A stretch of 64,000 bases of DNA from Okamejei kenojei (Eukaryota). The DNA is taken from assembly GCA_035221665.1 (NCBI GenBank), contig CM069142.1:58094001-58158000 (forward strand), read 5' to 3'. Under the pieces are notes generated by a model. It saw nothing but the letters and a program-made list of their open reading frames with translations. It did not search any database and had not been told where the DNA came from. Positions 1-13,727 of this stretch are shown here, piece after piece (position 1 is the first letter of the stretch; each line of letters begins with the position of its first letter). Both the position numbers and the translations under genes were made by a program.

Positions 1-329
1 TGCTTTAGTGTAGCCATTACATTTGTTGCCTTGGCTGCAACACTGTGAATGAGTTGTCCTCAACGTACATGCATGATATCTTGAGCATTCAATCCCACCC
101 TTCTGAGCATTCAATCCCAGTATTTCTGAGGTGTCAGCGCAGGCAGCCAGAGGGTGAGAATTTTTTTAATTTAAAATAATCTTTTGCCCTTATGCTACCA
201 GCAATTACTGAGAGCGTGCATCAGAATATCTAACACAGGTGCTTAGAGTAGTGTCCTCCATGCACTAACTGAAATGTCTAGACAGTTCAATGGGCTGCAT
301 AATGGACACATTATCTATTGTGTCCAACA

Positions 330-630
330 GGACGGCACGGTGGCGCAGTGGCAGGATTGCTGCCTTACAGCGCCAGAGACCCGGGTTCGATCCTGACTGC
401 GGGTGCTGTCAATACGGAGTTTGTACGTTCTCTCCAAGCCTCCATGGGTTTTCCGCAGGTTCTCCGGTTTCCTCCCACACTACAAAGACATGCAGGTTTG
501 TAGGTTAATTGGCTTTGGTAAAAACTGTAAATTGTCCTCGAGGGTGTAGTGTGTGCTAGTGTAACGGGTATCGTTGGTTCGAAGAGCCTGTTTCCATGCT
601 GTATCTCTAAACTAAACTGAACTAAACTAA
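330..630 (+). mobile_element. tRNA-derived V-SINE (HE1-like)
   Basis: A-box tggcgcagtgg, B-box gggttcgatcc, V-domain ctccggtttcctcccaca, CR1-like tail and (ctaaa)n. Confidence 0.88.
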
Positions 631-1139
631 TTTTAGACATGTACTACTTGTAGGCACTGTTTTTTGCCAAGTGGGGAAATATGGATGTTTTTGCTTCTAC
701 TGCTTAATGTCCAGTCAGTCTATCAATACATTTGTTTTCAATGAAAAGAAAAGTTTATTTCACCAGCTGATTCCCAAGTGCAGAAAGAGTAATTTGTAAC
801 CATTTTATCTTATGCAATCAAATATTTTTACTATTTTAGGAAATGCCAAATCTAGTTATAATGATGGCAAATGTGTATAGTGTAGTTACACATGTTCTTA
901 GGTAGGCACATGCCAATGGAGTTGTTTCCTGTTGCAATATCTGCAAGTCACTTCACACATACATCATACATTACTGATAGTTGACGTGTGTAAAGTGTTG
1001 ATACTTGTGCAACTCTGCTCAAACCGTTTTATATGCAGAACAAAGCAATTACTGTTGCACATGGCAAAGAATATTATCTGGGTACTTTTATAGGAACCAC
1101 TGCGACATTTGCAAGGATCGAAGGGTGAAATTATTTGCA

Positions 1140-1412
1140 AAGGAGGAATGTTTGAGATGAGGAAAAACTTTTTCAGTTGTAAACCTGTGGAATTCTCTGC
1201 CACAGCAGGCAGTGGAATCCGATTCACTGGATGTTTTCAAGGAAGAGTTAGATATAGCTCTTAGGGCTAACAGAATCAGGGGATAAGGGGAGAAAGCAGG
1301 AATAGGGTACTGATTTTGGATGATCAGCCATGATCATATTGAATGGCAGTGCTGGCTCGAATGGCCGAATGGCCTACTCCTGCACCTATTTTTTATTTTC
1401 TATGTTTCTATG
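1140..1412 (+). mobile_element. CR1 3' end
   Basis: gagatgaggaaaaactttttc...ggccgaatggcctactcctgcacctatt followed by a ttctatgtttctatg tail. Confidence 0.85.
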
Positions 1413-1880
1413 TTCTTGTGTTGTCTTTCTGCTGACTGCATAGCACGCAACAAAAGCTTTTCACTGCACCTTGGTACTCGTGACAATGAATTAAACTAAA
1501 CTAAACTTCTTTCAATGGCTTTTGTTTTATATGCAGCGTGTTAATTAGGAAAAGGAACTGCATTTATATCAATGCCGCATGTAGTTGTGAATGGATATTC
1601 AAATAGTTTGTTGCTGCATGGGTCCCCATCTTCTTCCTAGGCGGTCTTTAGGGGATGACTTGCTTCCGCTTCATTTGTGTGAGGCTAAGGTTGCTGAAGA
1701 ATTTTTTGCGGAATCTGCAGACTTTGCCTACAGGCTGATCATGTTGGACGAGTGGGTGGGTCGTTCTGCACTCCTGATGTCGGTGCCTGGGCCTCTGCAC
1801 TTTCCTGTCAAACAGACTCAAGCTGCTTTGCACTTTCCCATTTTGTGAATACTGCTTCCCACGTGCCAGTGAGAGTCTTA

Positions 1881-2173
1881 TGGGCCTGTCCCACTGTACG
1901 AGGTAATTCAAGAGTTCTCCCGAGATTCCCCTGATTCGAACTCGGAGATTTACGGTAATAGTTGCTCGTAGGTACTCGGGGCTCTCATGGACATTTTTCA
2001 AGATGTTGAAAAAACTTCACAAGCTTACCGCATTTCCCGAGTACCCGCTGTTAGCGTTACGAGCCCCTAAGAGACGTCCCGAGCTCCGACGTGCCTGCTA
2101 CGTACATTCTATGTACTTACCACGAGTTTGATTTTTTTTTTAACTCGGGAGAGCAGTTAGTGGGACAGGCGCT
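1881..2173. mobile_element. PIF/Harbinger-type MITE
   Basis: TIRs tgggcctgtcccact / agtgggacaggcgct, flanked by a TTA target duplication (1878-1880 and 2174-2176). Confidence 0.8.
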
Positions 2174-2201
2174 TTACTCACTGTCAGTGGGAGTCACTGA
2201 G

Positions 2202-2475
2202 AGCGGCACAGTGGCGCAGCAGTAGAGTTGCCAGAGATACGGGTTTGTTCCTGACCACAGATACTGCTTCTATGGAGTTTGTACATCCTCCCTGTGACCT
2301 GCATGGGTTTGCTACAGGTACATCAGATTCCTCCAACACTCCAAAGATGCACAGGGTTGTAGGTTAGTTGGCTTCAGTAAAATTGTAAATTGTCCCTAGT
2401 GCGGGTAGGACAGTGTTAGTGTGTGGGGATCGCTGGTCGTGCAGACTCAGACGGCCAAAGGGCCTGTTTCTGCCT
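2202..2475 (+). mobile_element. V-SINE (HE1-like)
   Basis: Same family as 330-630, more diverged. Confidence 0.8.
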
Positions 2476-2654
2476 CTTTGCCTTTCTAATTTTGGCTCTT
2501 AATTTCTTCAAGTGCTTACATATTCACCCTCTCCCTAACATGAGGAGAACAGCACAATTTAATCTAATCTGAATCTGAGCTCATACAGGCTCGAAATTAA
2601 AGCTATTCGGAACCTGGTTTGCCTGTCTACACAAGCCCTTCTACTGTTTACTTT

Positions 2655-2950
2655 ACTTTACCTTAGAGATACAGCGCAGTAAAGGGTCTTTCGACCCACC
2701 GAGTCCATGCCGGCCTGCGATCACACCATACACTAGTCTAGACACTGGGGACAAATATATAATTTGACTGAAGCGAAGTAACCTACAAACCTGTATGTCT
2801 TTGGAGTGTGGGAGTAAACCGGAGCACCCGGAAAAAACCCACGCATTCACAGGGAGAACGTACAAGCTCTCTACAGACAGCTTCCGTAGTCAGTATCGAA
2901 CCCAGGTTTCTATCACTGTAAGGCAGCAACTCTACTGCCGCGCCACCATG
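2655..2950 (-). mobile_element. V-SINE (HE1-like)
   Basis: Reverse complement of the family consensus. Confidence 0.85.
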
Positions 2951-3639
2951 CGGCACCATCACCCTTCACCAATATTAACCTCATTCTGTACTCTTTGATG
3001 ATAAATTGGAACAGCATCTCGACAAATGTGTTTCCCACATAGGCTATGAAAGAGAGTAACAGGAAAAGGAAGTTGGAACAAGACCAGCCCAGTGTGAGAC
3101 TTCCTGTAATAGCTTCCATTTGTTTTCATTTTAGTGTTTATTCACTTCATATGTTCTTTAGTTCCTTATTTCTGTTTCTTTTTTTCTTAACTCTTTGATT
3201 TTCCATCTTGCCAGGTCTGCTCCTTTTCTCTTATTTATTCCCTTACTTTAAGGGGAGGTCAGGCCAGCATTTATTCTCCACTCTTATTTGGTCTTGCGAA
3301 GTGCTGGTAGGCAACCTGTAGAGGTGATGATCCCATAAAGTTGTTGGGTTAAAGAGGAGCTCCAAGATACAGACCCAGTAACGAGGACTGATCTCCAGGG
3401 CAGGATGTAGTGCACCCTGGCTGGGAAACGTCTGGGTCGTGGTGTTTCCAGTGTCTGTGCCCTTCTTGATAGTAAAACCTTTAGATATGGGAGCTGCTGT
3501 GGAAGAAACCTTGGTGAATTCAATACACACTACGTGTGCTGGCAAATGTGTGGAATGGTAAAGTGCTTGTGGCAATGAAGCTAACTACTTTTTTTCTGGA
3601 TGGTGTCAAATCTGCTGAATGTCATCAAGGCCAATGGAG

Positions 3640-3860
3640 AGTCATAGAGTCATAGAGCGATACAGTGTGGAAACAGGCCCTTCGGCCCAACTTGCCCACA
3701 CCGGCCAACATGTCCCAGCTACACTAGTTCCACCTGCCTGCATTTGGTCCATATCCTTCCAAACTTGTCCAATCCATGTACCGGCCTAACTGTTCCTTAA
3801 ACGTTGGGATAGTCCAAGCCTCAACTACCTCCTCTGGCAGCTTGCTCCATACACCCACCT
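3640..3860 (-). mobile_element. CR1 3' end
   Basis: (gagtcata)n tail; WSKLPEEVVEA.TIPTFK.QL on the minus strand. Confidence 0.85.
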
Positions 3861-4334
3861 CCCTATTCTGCCACTGTGACTTGCTGTAGGTTACCCAACC
3901 TCTCACACCTTCATGTGGGCACAATAACTATATGGCTGGTTCACTTACATTTCTGATCGGTGGTGACTCTTAGAATCACCAAGATAAGGGACTCGGTGAT
4001 GGTCATGTCAATGAATGCCTCAGCCTTGTGGGGCAAGACGTTTGCTTGGCACTTGTGTGGGAGAAATATTATGCCACTTTACCAGAGAGGTCTTGCTGCT
4101 TGCAGGTGTGGAATATGTCATTTTTAAAGAAGGTTACATAGAATTAAACATTATTAAACGGCCAGCAAGCAATTTTTTCATTCTTGTATTCTCATTTTCA
4201 AATTTGTTTTGATTCCCTTCCGATCTTTCTCCCCATTCCTACTTCAGTCATCATATTTTTCGGAGTTTCCTGTCCACGATTTTGTTCCTAGCCATGATTC
4301 CCTCTCTCAACCATTGCTGTTTCATTTCTGTTTA

Positions 4335-4680
4335 GAGTCAAAGTAATACAGTGTGGGAACATGCCTTTCGGCCCGACTGGCCCACACCAGCCAAGATGTT
4401 CCAGCTACACTAGTCCCACCTGCCCGCGTTTGGTCCACATTACCTGAAAACCTGTCCTATCTGTGTATCTGTCTAACTGTTTCTTAAATGTTGGGATGGT
4501 CTCAGCCTCAACTACCTCCTTGGTCAGCTTGTTCCATGCACCCACCACCCATTGTGTGAAAAAGTCACCCCTCAGATTCCTATTAAATCGTTTCCCCTTA
4601 AACGTATGTCCTCTGGTCCTCGATTCACCTACTCTGGTCAAGAGACTGCGTGCATCTACCCGATCTATTCCTCGCATAAT
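4335..4680 (-). mobile_element. CR1 3' fragment
   Basis: MRGIDRVDA...RTRGH...FFTQWVVGAWNKL. Confidence 0.85.
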
Positions 4681-4769
4681 CTGTTTACGTGTTCCTCTTT
4701 TGCGATCCACGCCCAATCCTGAGTACATCGTTAATCATTAACTTTAGGCCATTCTTCAATCTTTGGACA

Positions 4770-4990
4770 AAAGGACACAAAGTACTGGAGTAACTCAGCA
4801 GGTCAGGCAGCATGTCTGGAGAATATGCATCGGTGATGTTTTGGATTGGGAATGGTGAATTGGTCTCCCCCCAAAACGTAATCTATCGATGCTGCCTGGC
4901 CGGATGAGTGACTACTGCACTTTGTGACCATTTGTGCACTAACCAGCATCTGCACTTTGTGCACTAACAGCATCTGCAGTTCTTTGTTCC
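4770..4990. mobile_element. Fold-back PLE-terminal short element
   Basis: Inverted arms ggagtaactcagcaggtcaggcagcat / atgctgcctggccggatgagtgactact, flanked by a near-duplicate tcaat...tttggaca. Confidence 0.65.
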
Positions 4991-6479
4991 ATCAATTTTT
5001 GGACACTGGATACCTCATCAACATGGTGCTTCTTGTCAAGTTTCGAATGACTGCAACAAAGCAATAATTAACACAGATGTTTATCTCTGCAATTGCTTTG
5101 AAATAGAAGTTTATTCCATAATGACGACACACGATCGGAGATCATCTGCCTGTTTAAAGTGCAAACCACTGGTTAAAAGGCGATGACTCAATAGAGAGTG
5201 AGGAAGTGTTCGTCAATTTATCTCAGAAGGGGCATGGATCATTTACAAAAATAACTTAAAGATAGGGCAAAGATGACGCATCTCACCGCATTGCGAGAAC
5301 ATGTTTAAATGAATTAAGGCTTTCAGAAGAAAGAGTTAAGCCACTCGTTTATTCAATAATCTGCATGATATTGGTTTCTGAAACATCTATTCAAGAGAAA
5401 AAAATGAGAGACAACTTGTACATAAATGTATTCAGATGGCAGTGGAAATTGTTATGAAAAATATACTTTGTGACTGATGGACTAAATAAGGATCAATATA
5501 CATTCCTCTACCCAAACAACCAGATTAATACGTTAGTATTCCCAGTTGAGATTTCACATCATATGTTCATCAGTTATAAGAGCAGAATTAGGCCATTCTT
5601 CCCATCAGGCCTACTCTGCCATTCAATCATGGCGGATCTATCTTTCCCTCTCAACCCCATTCTCCTGCCTTCTCCCCGTAATCTTTAACACCCTTACTAA
5701 TCAGGAAGCTGACAATCCCTGCTTTAAAAATGCCCCATGATTTAACCTCCACAGCCATCTGTGGCACTGAATTCCACATCACTGGTGTTCAATGGTTTCT
5801 TATTGCATGGACTTGACTGCCCACTAGCACAGAGAATGTGTTTAAAACTCAATTCTACTAATGTAAAAGTGGCAGTCCTGTTAAATCCTTGCCACAAGTG
5901 AATCAAATAAAGAGCTTACTTTCTGTAATTTCTCATCGGATGTGCATCTTTCTGCAGTGGATAGTGCTGAATCACTTCCGGCCCAACTAGTTCTTCAAAG
6001 TTTACATTCCAACTGAAAGAAAGGCATGTCTGTTCATTGTTGTGAGATGCAAGAGACAGACGGCAATTTTGTTGACTCATGACAGTCACCAGCCTCCTCT
6101 CCCCCCAACTAAAAGACGTATTTTGCATAAGGTAATGCTTTCTATTGGTGTTATTGAAATAGTGTCTCTGTGATTAAGTGATGCATAAAATCCCTAAGGG
6201 AATTTTTGGGTGTACTTTCTGCGATCATTGCAATCATATTTTCAGCTTCTTGCGGAGGCCAAGTAATTTGGGTAATTTTAAGGTAGAGATTGACAGATAC
6301 TTGATTGGTAAGGGTTATGAGGAGAAGGCAGGAGACTTGATGGGCCAAATGGCCTACTTCTGCACCTATGACTAATGAGCTTTTGAACTCATTCTTCTAA
6401 ATTTTACAGAGCATAGAACCAGTTTGCTTATTAATTCTATGCACAACAAACCTGCTATTTTAGGTATGAATCTGATGCA

Positions 6480-6940
6480 TTCTTTGCTGTAGTCTTTCTA
6501 TTTTAAGGGCATCTTTACTCAGGTAGAGATTCCAAACCTGTGCCTAGTAATTCAGATGTTGTCTCACATGGCTCTATAATAGGAACAAGATGTTACTGGT
6601 CCTGCACTCAAATCTTTTTGCAATAAAACAAAGATCTAATTGCTTTCTCTACAGACTAATTAACTTTTGGTAATTTAACTACAACAACATCTTAATCCTT
6701 TTGGTGGCCAACGCCTTTCAATCACTCACCATTTAAAAAATATTCTGCAATTATATTTTCCTACCAATGTGGATGATCACACGTTTCCCCATCAGCCATG
6801 TTCATGCCCATTCAATTGGCCTATCTACATACCCTTGATGTCACTACATCTTTTTCACAGCCCACAAAGTTACCCAGCTTCGTATCTTCAGTAAACTTGG
6901 ATATATTTAATTTGGTTCCCTCATCCAGGTCACCAACGTA
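6480..6940 (-). mobile_element. Old, diverged CR1 RT fragment
   Basis: The minus strand gives a degenerate ISKF.EDTKL-like region and downstream CR1 ORF2 similarity. Confidence 0.55.
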
Positions 6941-7299
6941 GCGTTCCAAGTCTAATTTACATCTATTGGATATTGACTGCAAGAAGAGTTGCTATTCAGG
7001 ATAGCAATGAGATTCCTGACCTTGCTTTGGGAAAAGTGGCTGCAAATGCTTGTGGGTGTGGTAGCTTTAATTTCTGAAAAGCATTGGAGTGGAGTTGACG
7101 CACCATCTCTGATCTTTGCATCAATCTCAATGGGTAAAGGTGGAGAAGCTAGCATAGGAGAGGGCAAAGTGTGTGATATCGGGAGGACTGGGTCTCATAT
7201 CCGGAAGGGATTTGTCCACGTGAATCCAAACCAGGTTCCTTCAGGGATTTCCTCTACATAGAGAGGTGGATCGGAATACAGTGCAAGTGGTGGATATAA

Positions 7300-7485
7300 G
7301 TTCATAAGTTCATTAGTTCACAAGTTATAGGAGCAGAATAAGGTCATTCGGCCCATCAAGTCTACTCTGCCATTCAATCATGGCTGATCTATCTCTCCCT
7401 CCTAACCCCATTCTCCTGCCTTCTCCCCATAACCCCCGACACCCATACTAATCAAGAATCTATTGATCTCTGCCTTAAAAATATC
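7300..7485 (-). mobile_element. CR1 3' tail
   Basis: (aagttcat)n tail followed by ggagcagaataaggtcattcggcccatc. Confidence 0.8.
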
Positions 7486-8355
7486 AGTATATTCTCTGCA
7501 AATGTATCAGTATATATCTGCAAACTTCACCACTTTGAATCCAAATCACCGCAAGTTATCCATGCTGCAGCATCTCTTCTAAAAAAGACCCAGGAGAACA
7601 TAAAAGATTTTGCTGCTCAGTCCAATGGATACATTCAAGTGGCTGCAATCCTGGGATAGGAATCGAGCATAAATTGATCGTTCCCCACAGAGAATATACC
7701 CTAATTTGGCAGCGGGTGGAGGTTTGGCCTGTATAATATCGCAATGGAAAGATAAGAGATATCAGACAAACCTCCCTTGGCTGGAAGCAGATGTCTAGAT
7801 CTGAAGTTGATTTGTATCAAGCCAGACTAAATAATGATGAGAGGCGGGAGGGGGGGGGGGTTCACACTTGTTTCTGTCTTCAAGGTTGTCTAGAAGAACA
7901 CCTGAATTCTGGCACCTGTGTAAACCGTCTGAACCATCAATCAGTGCATTCCCTTTCTCATCTCATGACACCAGCTGCTGCCTTGACTTCAGTGGGATAT
8001 GGGCGCGGTGGGCGAGGTGGGTCTTGCAAGGTTGCAGTGAGGTGGGCTGCCAGTTAGCTTTTACCACATCCCGATATAAAAATTAGCGCAAGCACCAGTG
8101 CTTTCCTTTATGTTCGAAAGGGTCAGGAAGGTGTTAAAAGTGCTAACGAATGCAGAAAAAATTCAGGGGTGTCAGATCCAGACATCCCAGTGAGAGGTGG
8201 GAGAATCAAAGAGTGAAAAGAAGAAAGGGGGAAGTGAAAAAATAAAATTCTCAGCAAAGTCTTGATTTGAAGTTCTAACCCTGCAGCAGAAAATGATCGA
8301 GACGTTCTTTCCTTTTCCTTTGAAGTAAGACGGAATGTTTTCCTGTGTCCTGCAG

Positions 8356-8547
8356 GACATAGACAGAAGTTGGAAGAGCAGAGTAAGAGTGCCGGCCTGG
8401 CCTTCTCAGAACGGCTCAGTGAATTAGAGCAGCTACGTCGCTCGGCCATGAGGCTCAGCCCTCATCACCCCACTACCGCTCCCAACCCACGGCCCTCACT
8501 CAACCCCACCGCCGTCTTTAACCCTCAGGCACAGACCCAAATGCAAG
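8356..8547 (+). CDS. RUNX1: RUNX1 internal coding exon just after the Runt domain (192 bp)
   Basis: Acceptor tcctgtgtcctgcag|G and donor CAAG|gtaggt. Translates (R)[63 protein letters not shown], matching human [39 protein letters not shown]. Length and phase 1-1 match the mammalian exon. Confidence 0.96.
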
Positions 8548-8741
8548 GTAGGTACACGAGAGCTATACAGAAAGAGGCATGGCAAGTCTAGCTTCGTTGC
8601 TAATTTTTTAAAAAATTGCTATATTGAACTATTTCTTTTAAGTAGCTATGCGATCTGTTATGATATCTGCTGCTTTTTCTGAGGTATCTAGTCTGCAGTA
8701 TTCACGGAGGGGGACTTTGACAATGTCATTTGCTGTTTCAT

Positions 8742-9030
8742 TTAGAGAAATAACCCCTTTGGACCCCAAGTCCACACCGACCGTTGATCACCCTTTCACA
8801 CTAGTTCTACGTTATCCCACTCCCAACACAATTGGAGCTATTTTTACAGAGGCCAATTAACCTACAAACCTTCACGTCTTTGGGATGTGGGAGGAAACCA
8901 GAGAACCCAGCGGAAACCCACACAGTAACAGGGAGAACGTGCAAACTCCGCACAAACAGCACCCGAGGTCAGGACCGAAGCCGGGTCTCTGGCGCTGTGA
9001 GGGCAACAGCTCTGCCAGCTGTGCCACCGT
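8742..9030 (-). mobile_element. V-SINE (HE1-like)
   Basis: tgtgggaggaaaccagag...tctctggcgctgtgag. Confidence 0.85.
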
Positions 9031-9899
9031 GCAACCCTAATCAGAGATGAATCTGTTGTTGGTTTCAAACAACAATATTCTTCTGCTTGTTTAATCCTTC
9101 TGCCATAACAAGGCATGATCAGACGGTAGAAATATGATAACACATGGCCTTGCAGTGGGGCGCTGAGAATTAGCTGGCAGACTGAAGGATTCTGGTCTAC
9201 AACCTGAATCCACTTTACAACACACACATGATAGTTTAACCATCAGAGTCATTGTCCAACATCCAGTCTAATGTAGATGTGTATAAGTCAAACCTTTAAC
9301 GTAAGATTAAGGACCTGCGTAGAAAAGGGCAAAACACTGTGTGATATGGATATTAATAGGTTTGTAATCTGTATTCAGTACCAGCAGATATTTTTCATCT
9401 CAAAACCATTTATCATTAATGTCGAACTGAGCCATTAGTTTTGTGATTCTAATAAAATAACATGGCGCAACTACAGGACGAGGGTTACATACAGAATAGT
9501 CTTTGATTGATACATGCTCAGGCAAATAAGCCCTGCACTAAATGCCAATCCTTTGTTTCTTCTAATCCGTCGAAGTGAAAGCACCTGTTCTTTCAGTAAG
9601 TTACCCAAACATGTTGTTACCTGGTAGTGGCCCCAATTGTCACCACTTCACACAAATTGACAGATGAAAGGTCACCTTTGTTCCAGAACCACACAAACAT
9701 TTTCTTTTCATCACAATTATGTGATTTAATCTGATAGCTCATTTCCCTGGACTAAAATGGGCAATTTCCAATGAAGCCATGTGTCACAAAGTTCAGGCTG
9801 TTTAATATTTCATCAGTTTATCAACATCCCCATTCAAGTGTAATCAAAATGTAAGCATGTGGGTTCTGGACAACGGAGATTCAAGTTACACATTATCTT

Positions 9900-10210
9900 T
9901 TAGACTTAATCACACAGCATGGAAACAGGCCTTGCGGCCCACCGAGTCAGCGCCGACCAGCGCCCCCCCCCCCCCCCCCCCCGCACCCACCCCCCCCAAC
10001 CCCCCCCACCCCCCGCACAACACTATCCTACACAACAGGGACAATTTACAATTTTACCAAAGCCTACAAACATGTGGGATGAAACCAGAGCACCCAGAGA
10101 AAACCCACGCAGGTCGCAAGGAGAACGTGCAAGCTCCGTAAAGATAGCTGCCGTTGTCAGGATCGAACCTAGATCTCTGGCGCTGTAAGGCAACAGCTCT
10201 ACCACTGTGC
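9900..10210 (-). mobile_element. V-SINE (HE1-like) with internal poly-C
   Basis: Family match. Confidence 0.8.
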
Positions 10211-10879
10211 CGGCCTAAGGTTGATTATGTTCTTCTAGTGTGCGGATTGAAAATGCGCTTAACTGAGTTGTCAGTGAAATTCCACCAACCTTCTCTGGAA
10301 CCCTTATGTTCTTGCCGTGCTCTCTTGATGGTACTCTGCTTTACCAGATGCAAGAAGATGTACTGATTCCCCTGGGCTTAAATCTCCCTCTCCCTCAGTT
10401 ACCAACATGCTGTCCTTATGTGGAATTGATGTGACAATTCATCATTTCTTTGCTATGCAATATCTTGTCTCTATTCAACAGTTTCTGATTTTAACACTCT
10501 TTGACATTAGCCCATTCGACCCATTGACTCGGCTCTGCCATTCCAACAAGGCTGATCTATTTTCCAATGCTGTGCACATAACTGCAACAATCCCCTTCTT
10601 CCTGTACAACTCCAGTCTCATGAACAATTGCACATCCCCTCTCGTCTATCAGCTGCATACTTTTCATCTGGCTCATCTTTGTTTGTAATCTTTCTAAACA
10701 CCAACATGCCATTGATAGCACTAACAGTCACTGCATGGAAAGACTACTTTAACGAAGAGGCATTTTAAACATTGAAGCATTTCTGCAACATCTCCTCATG
10801 TGACTACGAAACGAAGGATCTTTATCACAGTAACTGAAACAATAGCACCCGAATCATCTACATATTATCTATATGCTTT

Positions 10880-11143
10880 GTTTAGTTTAGTTTAGTTTAG
10901 AGATAGGGCGTGAAAACAGGCCCTTCGGCCCACCGTGTTCATGCTGACCAACATTCACCGCACGCCAACACTATCCTGCACTCACTAGGGACATTAACTT
11001 GAGGGCTAATTGACTTGGTATCATTGAAAATTGTCACTGTTGTGTGTAGGATAGTGACCAACGTGTGCAGGGATCGTTGGTCGGCACGGACACAGTGGGC
11101 CAAAGGGCCTGTTTCCATGTTGTATCTCTAAACTAAAACTAAA
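10880..11143. mobile_element. Two V-SINE 3' halves in inverted arrangement
   Basis: (tttag)n...aggcccttcggcccac on the left; gtgggccaaagggcct...(ctaaa)n on the right. Confidence 0.8.
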
Positions 11144-12879
11144 TCTACTGATTTTGTTATTTTGGGTCATCTTGCTCTCAGATGTAACTCGTAGCCCAAA
11201 GAAAATAGTTGATTCTCCTGTAGTGTTTTTGGATAGCCTAGTCAAACATTCTGAGACTGCAATATTTAATATTGGAAGTGCATCATAGATCTTACTTTGA
11301 TTAAATCAATTCTGAGGGAAAGGAATTACTTAACTATACTTGGTGTGCCATACATAGTGAACAGGCAGTGAGAATGGTTGCTATTAAAGCTAGGATGATC
11401 AAACTTGAAATTTTCATCCATATATATTTTGTCAGCATGTACTAAAAGGGATAGTACTTTAGGCAAGGATTTAAAACCCAGATTAAATCATAAACGGTTA
11501 CAAATCTAGGCAAGGAGGGAAAACTTGGAGATAACTTATTTTAATTCCAATAACCCAAGTTCACACCATCCTTTTATTATACTTATCCAAAATCAATGTG
11601 TTTTGAGTTTCATAAAATATTTAAAAAATGTCTTCATAAAATCATTCAGATTTTATCTGCAGGGATTCTTTTCTATTTAAACCGGAAAAGCAGTTTTTGA
11701 AGCTATGCTTTTTTTCACTGGACTGACTTCAAATTGGATAATTTAAATCATATGTAAAAAGAGAAATGGGAGCAACTTTTATTATCAAGCCTCTAATGTC
11801 TTTTTATGAATGGACTTGCAAGTGCCGGCTAAACTAATGCAAGCTACTCCAACAAGTCATATTTATTTGCTGATTAAATTAATCACATCTCTACTGCAGA
11901 ATCACAGGAAATTCACGTGTCGGTGATTCTTACATCAGTGCGTGTAACTGGAGTGCTGTGGTTACTGTGTATTGTTTCTTCAAGGGGGGAAGAGAGGCAA
12001 CATCTGAAAGCATGCTGTCCTCCTAAATATTTTCTTCCCAATTCATTTCCTCGCCTTGCCTCCCTACAGAGATGGTCTATACCAGGGTGTTGTCTCCTGC
12101 CTCTCACCGTCCTCAGAGACCACTTTCCAAACATCATTTCTCAAACAACAGTGAAGGTTGGCGGGCTGTTTAATCAGAGAGGGCATCATCACCGAGACTA
12201 ATCCCGTCCACACATGTGTTCCCCAGAAGAGATTTGGATTGCAGCCTAGGCAAAGGGAATAAAAACTAACTTTTTATTTAACCCCTGCCAGCACAAAAGC
12301 ACTGAGGCTGAGGTGTAGCGCCAACCCATGCACGCCCACCCCCACCCATTTTGTGGCTGGAAGTTGAGTGTATTCAGGGGTAATATCAATGCTTCTTTTG
12401 ACATTAAGGGAAGCGGAGGAAATGGGAGTTGATTGGGAGAGTTGACAAGGAACAAAACCAGGCACAATCTTACTGAATGGAGCCCCGGGCTGGGAAAGTC
12501 ATGTGGCCAACTCCTTCTTCGAGTCTCATGTACCTGTTTTTGATTTTCCGTGCAAATACATTATTTAGCCCAAGTAGAAAGTTTGCCATTGTCTGCATTA
12601 AACACATGAAGAAGTAATATATGCCTTTTGAACTCTGCTTCTGAAGTACAGCTGCCGACAGCACTGAAACCAAATTTCAGGAACGCGGTGCAACGCGGCT
12701 GAGCGAAGAGGCAAACTTCGACCCCAATACATCAACTCTTGGGATTTCAGAAAGCCATTTTTATCAATGCAATGTACTATTGGGTTTAAAATAGGTGTTC
12801 ATTTGCCTTGGAAGGAAGGCTGAAGCATAACTGGCATGATGCCTGGTGTGATTATTGCAGACAGTCGGCAGATATTAGC

Positions 12880-13445
12880 CCAGTGTTTGTGAGTGTGTGA
12901 GTGAGTGTGTATGTCTGTGAGAGTGTTTGTGTGTTGCTGCGACTGAGTGTGTCGATCTCTGTGTGTGCCTGTGTAAATGTACTTGTGTGTTTATGTCTGT
13001 ATGTGTGTGTGTGTGTGTATAAGAAGGGTTTCGGCCCAAAACGTCGCCTATTTCCTTCGCTCCATAGATGCTGCCGCACCCGCTGAGTTTCTCCAGCATT
13101 TTTGTCTACCTGTGTATATGTGAATGTGTGTATGTGAGTGTATGTGGTTGTAACTGAGTGTGTTTGTGACTGTCTTTGTGTGTGTGCCTATCTGACTGTG
13201 TGTCTGTGTATGTGTGTGTCTGTGTTCTGTGTGTGTCTGTGTTCTGTGTGTGTCTATGTTTGTGTGTGTGTGTTGTGTATGAGAACAGATGTGCCAGTGT
13301 GAGTTAATGTGTGTGTATGTGAGTGTGAATAGTGATGGCGAGTGTGCTTATGACCATGAGTGTATTTCTGAGTGTGTTTGTGTGTGTGCTTGGCTGAGTG
13401 TATGTGTCTGTGTTGGTGTATTTCTGTGTGTATGTGTGAGTGAGA
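12880..13445. repeat. Degenerate (TG)n microsatellite field containing a PLE terminal repeat at 13020-13110
   Basis: Visible TG repeats. Confidence 0.9.
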
Positions 13446-13727
13446 GAGATGAGCTTTGATTTGCTGACTCCTCAGCTGACTGGAGCAACATTACAGGATG
13501 GCTGCTACATGTTTTTTGCTCAACAATTTGGCTGAGATCCACGTCTTGGCCCGGTGTCAACTCAAACCTAACACCTGTCTGAGACAATGAGCAGCTTGTG
13601 TTGGTTGCTTGTGTCATGGGGGTCATATTTGGCAGCTAAAGGAAATGGGGATTCAAAAACAGAATTTTAAGGTAGGTGGCTGTATTAGGTAGACTTTTTA
13701 ATGCTGATTCACGAGTTTAGCATGCAT

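Noticed and set aside
330-400. tRNA-like A/B boxes
   Set aside because: These are heads of dispersed SINEs, not tRNA genes; there is no complete cloverleaf.
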